Source: Candidatus Methanoperedenaceae archaeon
GTDB taxonomy: Archaea > Halobacteriota > Methanosarcinia > Methanosarcinales > Methanoperedenaceae
NCBI GenBank assembly: GCA_963753595.1
Contig: CAVWCX010000036.1
Location: 1-64,000, forward strand
Length of the DNA: 64,000 bases
Direction: 5' to 3'
Within the stretch, counting starts at the first letter, position 1; every line of letters starts with the position of its first letter. Below are positions 11,288 through 19,842 of the stretch, in pieces. Below the pieces are notes generated by a model. It was not told where the DNA came from, did no database searches, and was given only the letters and a program-made list of their open reading frames with translations. The position numbers were made by a program, and so were the translations under genes.

Positions 11288-11994
11288 CTCTCCAATTCCC
11301 CCTTCAGAATATTAAACTCAGATTCATTTCTTGGGTAAAGCGTGACGTTGTTCGCAGTTTCTATCTTGATGGCTTTTGGATAACGAGACCTGCGAATATT
11401 TCTTTGAAGGGACGATATGAGTAAAAAAATCAAAAAAACAGGCATAACAAAACTAAATATCATATCTTCCAGAGGTGTAGAACGTATCATCTTGCGGTAC
11501 AAAGTCAGAGCCTGCAGAAAAACGAACAGCATGATAAAGATAATTAAGAAAAAATTCATCCATCTATGTTTGTAAATAGAATTGTCGATAATTTTTATGC
11601 AATTAATTTCATGTTTTGGGATATTGACAGGTTTGAGGAAGGGCTTAAGTATCTGCACCTTTTCAGGGTCAATCGAAATTTTGATCCGGTCAATGCTGAT
11701 AATTAGCAAAATAAAGATCATGTAAACAAGTATAATCCCGGGAAATCCATTAAATAAATCAACGAATATTAAAATAAAACCAGAAATACCTAAAATTAAT
11801 GCAATTGAAAAAATGCGCCAGTCTAACATCTGGATCGGTACATCCATGTTCTTAACAGGGTAATAATTGGACTTTCTGTTATCGTTATGGGCATAGTCTA
11901 TATTATACACATCTTTAACTGCGGAAAAATCTGTTTCCTGCGGGCACCAGCCCATCATTTTCCTGACATTTTCGATTAAAGTAGTCATTTGCAT
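11284..11994 (-). CDS. DUF1673-like membrane protein 4 (GWCP tag)
   Basis: IENVRKMMGWCPQ; ends LYPRNESEFNILKGELER. Confidence 0.85.
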   Translation of the reverse strand: MQMTTLIENVRKMMGWCPQETDFSAVKDVYNIDYAHNDNRKSNYYPVKNMDVPIQMLDWRIFSIALILGISGFILIFVDLFNGFPGIILVYMIFILLIISIDRIKISIDPEKVQILKPFLKPVNIPKHEINCIKIIDNSIYKHRWMNFFLIIFIMLFVFLQALTLYRKMIRSTPLEDMIFSFVMPVFLIFLLISSLQRNIRRSRYPKAIKIETANNVTLYPRNESEFNILKGELER

Positions 11995-11999
11995 ATCCT

Positions 12000-12611
12000 C
12001 TATCTGCCACCTGCTTCAATGTCAATCGCGTAAAAAGATGTTTTTTCCACGATCAGGGTCTTCCTGTTTTTCCGTTCCCAGCAGACCACCTCAAGGTATT
12101 GTGTCCAGACAAACAAACTGAAACCTGAAAGAGTGGCGTAAATACCACTTATGCGGATATCGGTCTTTGCGGCGATGAAGCCGACAATTATCATTACTAC
12201 TATTATAAACCCAAATATTATCAGATAGTTCATGATCTTCTTTTTTCTTGTGACCCGGACTTTTTTGAATTCACCTACAGCCGCTTTGTTCAGCCTGCGC
12301 CATTCTGTTATTCCTGTAAATATGCTGACTATTAAACCATAGATTATGCCTGCCAGGAAATTATCAGGATTATATCGTCCATATGAAATGTAAAAATTCA
12401 TTGCCACTAACGTAAGGATAACTGCGTTCAGTAAAACCCTGTTGCGCCATTTGTTCCACCATCTTGCAGTAGCGTGAGTTAATTCCCCATCACTACCAGG
12501 CGCATTTACCATCATGTCATCGAACTGCACGGATTTTCTTGTATCTATCGTGCTTGCATTCGGGCACCAGCCCATCAATTTCCTGATATTCTCAACAAAA
12601 GTGACCTTCAT
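12000..12611 (-). CDS. DUF1673-like membrane protein 3 (GWCP tag)
   Basis: VENIRKLMGWCPN; WWNKWRNRVLL; C-terminal WERKNRKTL. Confidence 0.88.
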   Translation of the reverse strand: MKVTFVENIRKLMGWCPNASTIDTRKSVQFDDMMVNAPGSDGELTHATARWWNKWRNRVLLNAVILTLVAMNFYISYGRYNPDNFLAGIIYGLIVSIFTGITEWRRLNKAAVGEFKKVRVTRKKKIMNYLIIFGFIIVVMIIVGFIAAKTDIRISGIYATLSGFSLFVWTQYLEVVCWERKNRKTLIVEKTSFYAIDIEAGGR

Positions 12612-13333
12612 CTCTCTAATTCTCCTTTCAGAATATTAAACTCAGATTCATTTCCTGGGTAGAGCGTGATGTTCTTTGTAGCAGTATCCAGCCGGATGGT
12701 TTTTGGATACCGGGATCTGCGATTGCCACTATAGAACATTGATATAAATAAAAAAAATACGAACATCGAATTGGCAATATGTAATACTGCTTCCTCCATG
12801 TCAGCGGAACGTATTATCTGGTCATGTAAACTCAGGATCTGGAAAAACCCGAGTATTAAAATAAGGATAATTAAAACCAGATTGATCCGCCTGTATTTGT
12901 AGAGAACATTGTCAATTGTTTTTATATCAGTTATATCGTGTTTCAGGATATTGATGGATTCGAAGAAAGAAGTCTTTATCACCAGCTTTTTCGGGTCAAT
13001 CGACACTTTGTTCTTATCGGATAGATTAAAAAAAGCAATAAAAGTAAAATAAAGCAATATTATGCCAAAATAACCTGCAGCCGTTCTATTTAAATAATTT
13101 ACGAAAATTAAAATGAAATAAAAGAAACCAAGAGCTAATATAATTGCAAACTTGCGCCAGTCAAATAAATCAAGAGGTAAATTTACATTATTTGCTGTTC
13201 CACCATTAGCTCTTGCTTGATTTTTATTGGAATTGCAAATCTTGCCAGTTTCATGAACCTGCACGAACATTCTCTCCTTTAATGGGCACCAGCTTATCGT
13301 TTTTCTCATTACTTCGGTCAAGTTTATCATCAT
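12608..13333 (-). CDS. DUF1673-like membrane protein 2 (variant SWCP tag)
   Basis: TEVMRKTISWCPL; ends LYPGNESEFNILKGELER. Confidence 0.85.
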   Translation of the reverse strand: MMINLTEVMRKTISWCPLKERMFVQVHETGKICNSNKNQARANGGTANNVNLPLDLFDWRKFAIILALGFFYFILIFVNYLNRTAAGYFGIILLYFTFIAFFNLSDKNKVSIDPKKLVIKTSFFESINILKHDITDIKTIDNVLYKYRRINLVLIILILILGFFQILSLHDQIIRSADMEEAVLHIANSMFVFFLFISMFYSGNRRSRYPKTIRLDTATKNITLYPGNESEFNILKGELER

Positions 13334-13363
13334 ACTAATTTCCTTACCAGTTCAATATCAAAA

Positions 13364-14071
13364 TCATAAGATGAAGCTCCGGAAAATCCGTGCAATGGAT
13401 ATGAATTTTAATGCCAGGGGGAGTCCGGCCACGATTGCCGATTTAATAGGTGTGAGCCTGTGGATGGTTTGTATACCGAAAAAAAGGATTATTGAACTCA
13501 GTGCGTACATAATTATTGTGATTGGGATTGAAAATAATATATAGTGATTACTATAGAGTTCCCTGTAGTTTATTGGATTTCCTGGTGACAATGTTATTGT
13601 CATGGGTTCTAACATAAAAAGCAATGCAAGGCTGATGAGGCTTTCTAAAATCAAAGGAATAGAGCTATAACCAACGATTGTCATCATCCGGGGATAAAAT
13701 TTGCCTTTCCCACCTAAAACCTTTGAAAGAATATGAAGTATTCCTGAGACGATTAGCCATAAAAGGAAAAAAGCTATTAATGCACCAACAAAACTGGTTG
13801 TCCAATCTATCGACATGAAGAACTCTTTTTCAGAATTCCTCTTAGCTGTCAGATATACTCCAAATGCGTTCAAAACTGCATATATACCCACGATCATTAC
13901 AGCCTTCTTGAATGTAGACTGCTCTACTATGCTTTTTATTGCACCGCTAACACCGCCGGAGATGCCTGGAGATATATTATTGAATTGCACATAGTTTCTT
14001 GTCTTGAGTACGCCTGTATTCGGGCACCAGCCCATCATTTTCCGTATGGTTTCCATTAAATTTACCGTCAA
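13364..14071 (-). CDS. DUF1673-like tag fused to a Yip1-domain membrane protein (member 1)
   Basis: METIRKMMGWCPN followed by Yip1-like 'WLIVSGILHILSKVLGGKGKF...VGYSSIP...GIQTIHRLTPIKSAI'. Confidence 0.8.
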   Translation of the reverse strand: MTVNLMETIRKMMGWCPNTGVLKTRNYVQFNNISPGISGGVSGAIKSIVEQSTFKKAVMIVGIYAVLNAFGVYLTAKRNSEKEFFMSIDWTTSFVGALIAFFLLWLIVSGILHILSKVLGGKGKFYPRMMTIVGYSSIPLILESLISLALLFMLEPMTITLSPGNPINYRELYSNHYILFSIPITIIMYALSSIILFFGIQTIHRLTPIKSAIVAGLPLALKFISIARIFRSFIL

Positions 14072-14514
14072 GCTAATCCCCTTAACTTCTCAAAAAGCTC
14101 CTCAGCCAGCTTCGTGGGATCATCAGTTTTCTCAAGCCTGAGCTTCATCTCATCCGCAAAATCCCACAGCAATTCAACGCATTGTGTATATCTATTACAC
14201 GCATTGCAATTCCCTTCATGCTCGTACCATACCTGGATCCCGTGCTTTGCAGATACGAAAATTATGGCGCTGGCATTAAAAGGCACAGAATGCCCGAACA
14301 AAATGCCTCGCTCCATGTTTATTTTTTCTACCTCTATCTGGTTTGCGCGCGCCATCTCAATGAGCGTATTTTCTATTCTTTCATCCATCGTGAGGAGCGC
14401 CTTTGAAACAGCCTGTTTGGAAATATTGAACAGGCGCGCTATGTCTATGCTGATAATACCATTGCGCCTGAGCCTCCAGAACTCAAACTGCCTGTCATTT
14501 AAAGGAAGGAACAT
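14068..14514 (-). CDS. HTH transcriptional regulator with C-terminal His/Cys metal-binding motif
   Basis: HTH 'SIDIARLFNISKQAVSKAL'; 'WYEHEGNCNACNRYTQC' (H-x3-C-x2-C-x5-C). Confidence 0.85.
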   Translation of the reverse strand: MFLPLNDRQFEFWRLRRNGIISIDIARLFNISKQAVSKALLTMDERIENTLIEMARANQIEVEKINMERGILFGHSVPFNASAIIFVSAKHGIQVWYEHEGNCNACNRYTQCVELLWDFADEMKLRLEKTDDPTKLAEELFEKLRGLA

Positions 14515-14516
14515 GA

Positions 14517-14544
14517 GTCAATATATGCGTATTGACAATATAAA
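14517..14544 (-). promoter_or_regulatory. TATA box plus palindromic operator of the GWCP operon (leaderless transcript)
   Basis: GTCAATA-N6-TATTGAC at 14517-14536 next to the ATG (14514); minus-strand TTTATAT at 14544-14538, ~27 nt upstream of the ATG. Confidence 0.7.
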
Positions 14545-14662
14545 GATTATGATACATAATCTGGAAAAGATATAATTACAAATTTATTCGTAGTTTAAGA
14601 AAATCTTTTATGGGTTTAATGCATGGATGATTGAAATACATCTAATAGAGTGGAGAGAAAAA

Positions 14663-15223
14663 ATGAATAGTAAAATCAAATTTGCAATAATAGGACTGAT
14701 ACTATCGGTTCTATTAGCGGTTTTAATCCTGGTGATCATAAATTTCAGTTCAATGCAACCACGACAAATGGAAATACTAAAGCCGCCGCCTGCGCTTCTT
14801 AAAGTAAATGGGACTGAACAGTTCTCAGGGATTGGCTCATATTGCTGGAATGAAACCAAGAAAGTCTCAGGAATAACAATGAGTTCAACGTCTATTTGTG
14901 CTGATAAAGAAGGAATCCATACTCCAGTTGAGCCTTTGCTTTCCAGTTCGCCATTTGCAGGGCATCTTAGCTTTCCTCTAAAGCAGCCTCCTGGGGAGTT
15001 ACAACTCAATGTCATTCGGGTTACGGATGAAGATGAAATAAACCTATCATTTGCAAATGATCGGGCATGGAATATCAGGGAAAATAATTCCTTCAATCTG
15101 ACCCTGGGGCGTGAATTGGATATAAATTTGTCACTTCTGCCAGGGCTTTATGTGCTTGAAGTACACCCAAGATGGAAAGAAAAAGGGGACGTTAGCTATG
15201 GTTTCCTGCTGAATGTGCAATAA
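14663..15223 (+). CDS. Membrane-anchored/exported protein, paralog of the N-terminal domain of 18904-19842
   Basis: N-terminal TM; shared PPPA.LK..G.EQ.SGIGSYCW...C.D and PGLYVL...W.EKG..SYGFL motifs. Confidence 0.8.
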   Translation: MNSKIKFAIIGLILSVLLAVLILVIINFSSMQPRQMEILKPPPALLKVNGTEQFSGIGSYCWNETKKVSGITMSSTSICADKEGIHTPVEPLLSSSPFAGHLSFPLKQPPGELQLNVIRVTDEDEINLSFANDRAWNIRENNSFNLTLGRELDINLSLLPGLYVLEVHPRWKEKGDVSYGFLLNVQ

Positions 15224-15234
15224 CCGGTATCTTA

Positions 15235-16434
15235 TTATGGAATCTGTTTAGCCGGTGATTGCCCATATCCACTCTCCCCATTAATACTGCCTGGCTGCAC
15301 GAAAATATAAACTGCGATCATCCAGATAACCACGAAGGCGAATAGCAGCAATAAAACATAATATTGCCTGCTGTTTTGCGCTGATTCTTCAAGAACTTCT
15401 GCTTTCCTTATCCCCTTTTGATAAACAAATGCCGATATTATCAGCATCAGGAATGATGGCAAGAATAACACCGCAATTTGCGATAAATGAACAACTATCC
15501 GCACAAAAGATAGTGCTGCCGATGAATAAAGCATGAGTTTATTTTCCCTGAGAATACCGGCTATCCCAAAAAAGGAAAGAAACACTGGTATCACATAGTC
15601 AGGACGAAAATCACTGCATATTGTGCCGCCGCTGGTCAGTGAGGTCTTATAGGTGTAGCAGCCATTGGCAATTAATACGATTTCTGAATACAGTGTTATG
15701 ATTACGGCAAACAGTAAGGACGCGCCTGCCAAAACCAGTGCAGTTTTCTTAAACCCCGGATCAACTGTTTCTTTTTTTATCTGCCTCTTGATACCGTTTC
15801 CATATACAAATGCGGAGATTATCAATAGCACCGGAGAGATAAGGAACAGGTTTCTTCTCATGAATATGCCCATAAATACAGCCAATACTATGGACATTGC
15901 AGCCGATGTGTCCAATAACTCCTTGTTTCCCCTGCTTATTCCTTTCAAACCCAATACTGGTAATATTGCCAGAAGTAAAATAAGGAATATGAATTCAATA
16001 TCAGAAAGTATCCATTTTCCTGATGAAAACTCTACATAAAGCCACGATACTTCTATAATACCTGCTGCTATTGCTGCAAATAAAGATGCGATCATCATTA
16101 TTCTTGCAGTTCTTTTTGATGTTTCATCTGAATCCACCTTTTCGAAATCACCCTGATAAACAAAAGCAGAGATCAAAAGTGGTAAGGAAGAAATAAAAAA
16201 TAGCCCGCCGACAGTCATTATGCCAAGGATCATGAGGGCAATGGATATGAGTGCAGAGGCAATTAAAACTTCTTTTTTCCTCAAAAGTATTCCGATTACT
16301 CCAAGGAAGGAAATGGAGGGATAAAAGACAACAACTGGTGAGTACTGGAAGTTCGTGATGTACACGGAAACCAATAACGATGCTGCGAATGATATGCAAG
16401 CCAGTATTAAAGCTTTTTTCCGATTATTGTTCAT
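15235..16434 (-). CDS. Polytopic membrane protein built from three ~120 aa repeats
   Basis: Three units each ending ISAFVY(Q/G) with a 'G..GI...(N/K)K..L..SA..S' motif. Confidence 0.8.
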   Translation of the reverse strand: MNNNRKKALILACISFAASLLVSVYITNFQYSPVVVFYPSISFLGVIGILLRKKEVLIASALISIALMILGIMTVGGLFFISSLPLLISAFVYQGDFEKVDSDETSKRTARIMMIASLFAAIAAGIIEVSWLYVEFSSGKWILSDIEFIFLILLLAILPVLGLKGISRGNKELLDTSAAMSIVLAVFMGIFMRRNLFLISPVLLIISAFVYGNGIKRQIKKETVDPGFKKTALVLAGASLLFAVIITLYSEIVLIANGCYTYKTSLTSGGTICSDFRPDYVIPVFLSFFGIAGILRENKLMLYSSAALSFVRIVVHLSQIAVLFLPSFLMLIISAFVYQKGIRKAEVLEESAQNSRQYYVLLLLFAFVVIWMIAVYIFVQPGSINGESGYGQSPAKQIP

Positions 16435-16457
16435 TTTTATTATTCACTTCCGATCAA

Positions 16458-16868
16458 CTATCCTATACAATAGAAGCATGAGAAAACAAGATACAGTCCC
16501 ACAAATAAAGTTAAGGCAAGGGTATAATATACCCACTTACGATTTTGGAGAATTACAAATGATATCAGCCCTGATGGAATAAGCGGCACTATGACCATCA
16601 CTGCGAGCATACCAGATCCTCCGAAAACTCTATCCATTTCGATAGAATCCAGAACAACCATTGACAGGAACGAAAAAATAATGCTATTCAACACAGCTAT
16701 AAAAGTAATTACTCCTAAAGGAATCGCCCATTTACTTTTATCTTGAGAACGAACCATTTCCCTTAAGTTTACTCTTTCTATAACAATCCACACAATTAAC
16801 AGGAATGGTATGAAAAGAAATAAGAACTTCTCTATTTGTCTATGTAAGATCTCGCTTGTGCCTATCAT
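16458..16868 (-). CDS. Hypothetical membrane protein (MIGTSEI N-terminus)
   Basis: ~4 TM; 4 nt overlap with the upstream gene. Confidence 0.7.
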   Translation of the reverse strand: MIGTSEILHRQIEKFLFLFIPFLLIVWIVIERVNLREMVRSQDKSKWAIPLGVITFIAVLNSIIFSFLSMVVLDSIEMDRVFGGSGMLAVMVIVPLIPSGLISFVILQNRKWVYYTLALTLFVGLYLVFSCFYCIG

Positions 16869-17128
16869 TTTTCATTCCTCCTCTCTCTTATTAGCTCTGT
16901 GAGTAATTCGTTTTGCCTGCTGATTTCTGCCAAGGTCTCCTTTGAATATTCAAGCCTGTTTTTAAAATAATGTACTGCATGTATGCCAACATACAATACA
17001 CCTGCTGCTGCGATAGCATAGAATAGTTGGTTAATAAATAAGGTTATTATAAAAATTATAATTGTTATGGGCAGGCCCAGATCAATTGAGTATCTATCTA
17101 ATTTTTTCTCTTTATTACCGCTGTTCAT
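16865..17128 (-). CDS. Small 2-TM protein with C-terminal coiled-coil-like tail
   Basis: Hydrophobic hairpin then LAEISRQNELLTELIRE; 4 nt overlaps on both sides. Confidence 0.7.
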   Translation of the reverse strand: MNSGNKEKKLDRYSIDLGLPITIIIFIITLFINQLFYAIAAAGVLYVGIHAVHYFKNRLEYSKETLAEISRQNELLTELIRERRNEK

Positions 17129-17574
17129 TCGATCGCCTCATCGGGAAATATTTCTTCATTTAATATCCCGTCCTCTGTCCATATCACCTTTATTTTTACC
17201 AGAGGCTCCCATGCCATTATATCCTGCTTGCTCAGCCCGCTTGCGTTAAATGTCGCATTGCCTTTAAATCCAGCCCAGCCGTCAGGTTCCAGATCCCCCA
17301 GTGCTCTGCTTTCTTCATGAGCATCCAGCCTCGAAACGATTCCAGGGGGTAGAATAACATAGGCTGTGACGTTCTTCGCTGTTTTAGCACCTGTATTTGC
17401 AATGCTTACAGTCCAGGAAATTTTTTGACTATCTGTTTGAGTTTCATATGAAGATCCTAAGGAGACCCCGATATTTCCGGAAATTTTAGCTCCCTGGACG
17501 TCATCAGAAACGCATCCTGTTGTAACTGCAACTATCACCATCAGCGCAAATGCTGTTGTGAAATTTCTTCTCAT
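17125..17574 (-). CDS. Lipoprotein with Ig/CARDB-like domain
   Basis: Lipobox TTGC; 'WTVSIANTGAKTAKNV...LGDLEP'. Confidence 0.75.
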   Translation of the reverse strand: MRRNFTTAFALMVIVAVTTGCVSDDVQGAKISGNIGVSLGSSYETQTDSQKISWTVSIANTGAKTAKNVTAYVILPPGIVSRLDAHEESRALGDLEPDGWAGFKGNATFNASGLSKQDIMAWEPLVKIKVIWTEDGILNEEIFPDEAIE

Positions 17575-17634
17575 TTATCCTTTCATCTCCCCGTAGTTTT
17601 ACTCTTTCTGCTATTCAAGCAATATATCAAATTA

Positions 17635-17811
17635 TCACTTTTTAAATTCTTTATAGAATATTAGCATCGAAGCAGCCAATGAAAGACTCCATAAGAACAA
17701 TAAAAATATTGGGATATCAGGGCCGCCAATCATTTTCCCGATGATCTTTACCATTGGATAAAACCCCAGTACCACCAGGGGCAGTGCAAGCTTTCCAGTT
17801 ACTTCAACCAT
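17635..17811 (-). CDS. Small 58 aa two-TM protein (not in ORF track)
   Basis: Hand translation MVEVTGKLALPLVVLGFYPMVKIIGKMIGGPDIPIFLLFLWSLSLAASMLIFYKEFKK*; directly downstream of the motif promoter. Confidence 0.55.
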   Translation of the reverse strand: MVEVTGKLALPLVVLGFYPMVKIIGKMIGGPDIPIFLLFLWSLSLAASMLIFYKEFKK

Positions 17812-17880
17812 TTGTATCTCTTTTTATGGGTTTAATTTATTTTTTCTGAACTGTTTTATTATTTTCACGGTAACATACCT

Positions 17881-17912
17881 TATATATTTTCTGTGACAAT
17901 CCTTTTCAAATC
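17881..17912 (-). promoter_or_regulatory. Shared 32 bp promoter motif, copy 1
   Basis: tatatattttctgtgacaatccttttcaaatc; on the minus strand this reads as an upstream box, BRE-like CAGAAA and TATATA. Confidence 0.75.
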
Positions 17913-17950
17913 TTAACATGAAATAGTGACCGACGCTATTCTACCACCGT

Positions 17951-18256
17951 TTAATCGGAGACCTTTTCCAGTATTGCATTGGTTTTATCAACTTTATCCT
18001 CTATAACCTGCATCCTCTGCATCATGAGTTCTATTTTTGCATTTATCTCTTCATTGCCGGCTGACTGTCGTTTTTCCAATGCGTCAATAAACCTGTTTGC
18101 AAACTTGCTGATTGCATCTATTATGATGTAGCCCACTACGATTATAAAACCGAAGTACACAAATAGTATGATCCCTATTCCAAGACTGCCAGAAAGCAAG
18201 ATTGCAATAATGGCTACTATTGCAATTATTATCCCGATGTTTTTGTTTATCTTCAT
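17951..18256 (-). CDS. Small membrane protein with C-terminal coiled coil
   Basis: Two TM segments then INAKIELMMQRMQVIEDKVDKTNAILEKV. Confidence 0.75.
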   Translation of the reverse strand: MKINKNIGIIIAIVAIIAILLSGSLGIGIILFVYFGFIIVVGYIIIDAISKFANRFIDALEKRQSAGNEEINAKIELMMQRMQVIEDKVDKTNAILEKVSD

Positions 18257-18279
18257 TTCCCATTTCTCTCCTTCTTCTT

Positions 18280-18885
18280 TCAAAACCATTTGCTCGGAAA
18301 TTGTTTCGGTGTATAGCGTTTTATATAATCTATCGCAGCATCAGCAGATTTTGAAACATAATATAGCTCTTTATACTCTTTTTTCGCAAAATTCTCCTGA
18401 TATCCTGTTTCAAATTGGGCGATCAAATTATCGTAATAACTATTAGTATTGATAAAAACGATCGGTTTATTATGAAGCTGGAGCTGCTTTAGTGTGAGTA
18501 TCTCGATAATCTCTTCAAGCGTCCCAAAACCGCCGGGCAGCGCAATAAAAGCATCAGATTTCGATTCAATGATCTCTTTCCGGTCACGTAAATTATTTGA
18601 TACAATTAATTCATCAGCTTCTTGATAGACAATGCCCTTTTCCACTAATGACCCAGGGATCACACCTGTAACCCTGGCTCCGTGGTTCTGCGCTGTTCTT
18701 GCTATTATTCCCATCAATCCGACATCTGCGCCGCCGAAGATCAAACCAAAACCTTCCTGGCCGAGTCTTTTTCCCAATTCTATAGTTGTATCACGATACA
18801 CAGAATTTACCGCTGAACTTGATGAACTGAAGACGCAAACTGTTTTGATCATATTTTCACTTTTCATTATTTTCTTAAAGGTCAT
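18280..18885 (-). CDS. LOG-family (TIGR00730) nucleotide phosphoribohydrolase
   Basis: VCVFSSSS, FGGADVGLMG, RK...SDAFIALPGGFGTLEE; true start may be 18852. Confidence 0.92.
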   Translation of the reverse strand: MTFKKIMKSENMIKTVCVFSSSSSAVNSVYRDTTIELGKRLGQEGFGLIFGGADVGLMGIIARTAQNHGARVTGVIPGSLVEKGIVYQEADELIVSNNLRDRKEIIESKSDAFIALPGGFGTLEEIIEILTLKQLQLHNKPIVFINTNSYYDNLIAQFETGYQENFAKKEYKELYYVSKSADAAIDYIKRYTPKQFPSKWF

Positions 18886-18903
18886 TCATAATATATTATT
18901 TCT

Positions 18904-19842
18904 TCATCGTGACAAAGTAAAATTAACGCCATTGCTCGAGCCGTTTTTATTGACCACAAAGACAGGATATGTTTGAGTCCCCGGCTTAAAGAGGATACCA
19001 ACTGCAGGACACGCTGTAACCGGAATTGTTTCAGGCAGCGGGAAAGCACATGCGCCCAGGAATTCAGGTATTACGAATTCAATGGTTTTACCGTCACTGG
19101 ATATAAGGTTGTTAATGTAGCCAACTAAGCTATTATTGCCGTCCTCTGGATAAAGTCTGAAAGCCACGTTATTGTCTTTAGTACTAAAGCCTGTGCCGGT
19201 GATAACTACTTCTGTTCCGATAATTCCTGCGCCGGGCTGAATTGACGTGATGGCCACAGATGTGGTCGCATTTGACGGTGGTGTCTGGTTAACGGGAGAT
19301 TCAGTTGTAGTAGGAGCGCCCATGTCATTTGCTCGCACTTCCACAAGGAAGCCGTAGCTTGCTGAGCCCTTTTCCATCCACCATGCGCCAAGATTCAGAA
19401 CGTAAAGCCCTGGCTCAAGCGATAGCTCTATATCCTGTTCAGGTTCAAGAGTCAGGGTAAAATTCTTTCTTTGCAAGTGCCATATATCCCACCAGCGCCA
19501 GCCGCGCTCACTCAAATTAATTTGATTTTCAGGATCAACCCGAATGACATCGAAACGCAGTTCATAAGGAGGCTCCTTAAGAGGCAAGCGTAGAAGTGCT
19601 GTAAAAGGTGAACCTGCAATCAATGGTTCCTGCGCTGTCGGTACTTCTCCCATGTCTACGCAGAGAGCATTCCATGTTTCAATCCAGCAATAGCTGCCTA
19701 TTCCTGAAATCTGCTCTTTCCCATCTATCTTAAGGATTGCTGGCGGCGGCTCTATTTCTTTCTGGGATATCAAATATACACCTGTTACAATTAAAATTAC
19801 AGTTATAATTCCCAGGATTAAAATTTTGATCTTAGTTTTCAT
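18904..19842 (-). CDS. Exported protein with SGIGSYCW domain and C-terminal IPT/TIG domain
   Basis: N-terminal TM; domain shared with 14663-15223; P/T linker; 'ITSIQPGAGIIGTEVVITGTGF'. Confidence 0.8.
   Translation of the reverse strand: MKTKIKILILGIITVILIVTGVYLISQKEIEPPPAILKIDGKEQISGIGSYCWIETWNALCVDMGEVPTAQEPLIAGSPFTALLRLPLKEPPYELRFDVIRVDPENQINLSERGWRWWDIWHLQRKNFTLTLEPEQDIELSLEPGLYVLNLGAWWMEKGSASYGFLVEVRANDMGAPTTTESPVNQTPPSNATTSVAITSIQPGAGIIGTEVVITGTGFSTKDNNVAFRLYPEDGNNSLVGYINNLISSDGKTIEFVIPEFLGACAFPLPETIPVTACPAVGILFKPGTQTYPVFVVNKNGSSNGVNFTLSR

Noticed and set aside
9148-14071. GWCP array as a CRISPR array or DGR target set
   Set aside because: The repeats are coding N-termini ~700 bp apart with synonymous variation; there is no cas gene, reverse transcriptase or template/variable repeat pair in the window.
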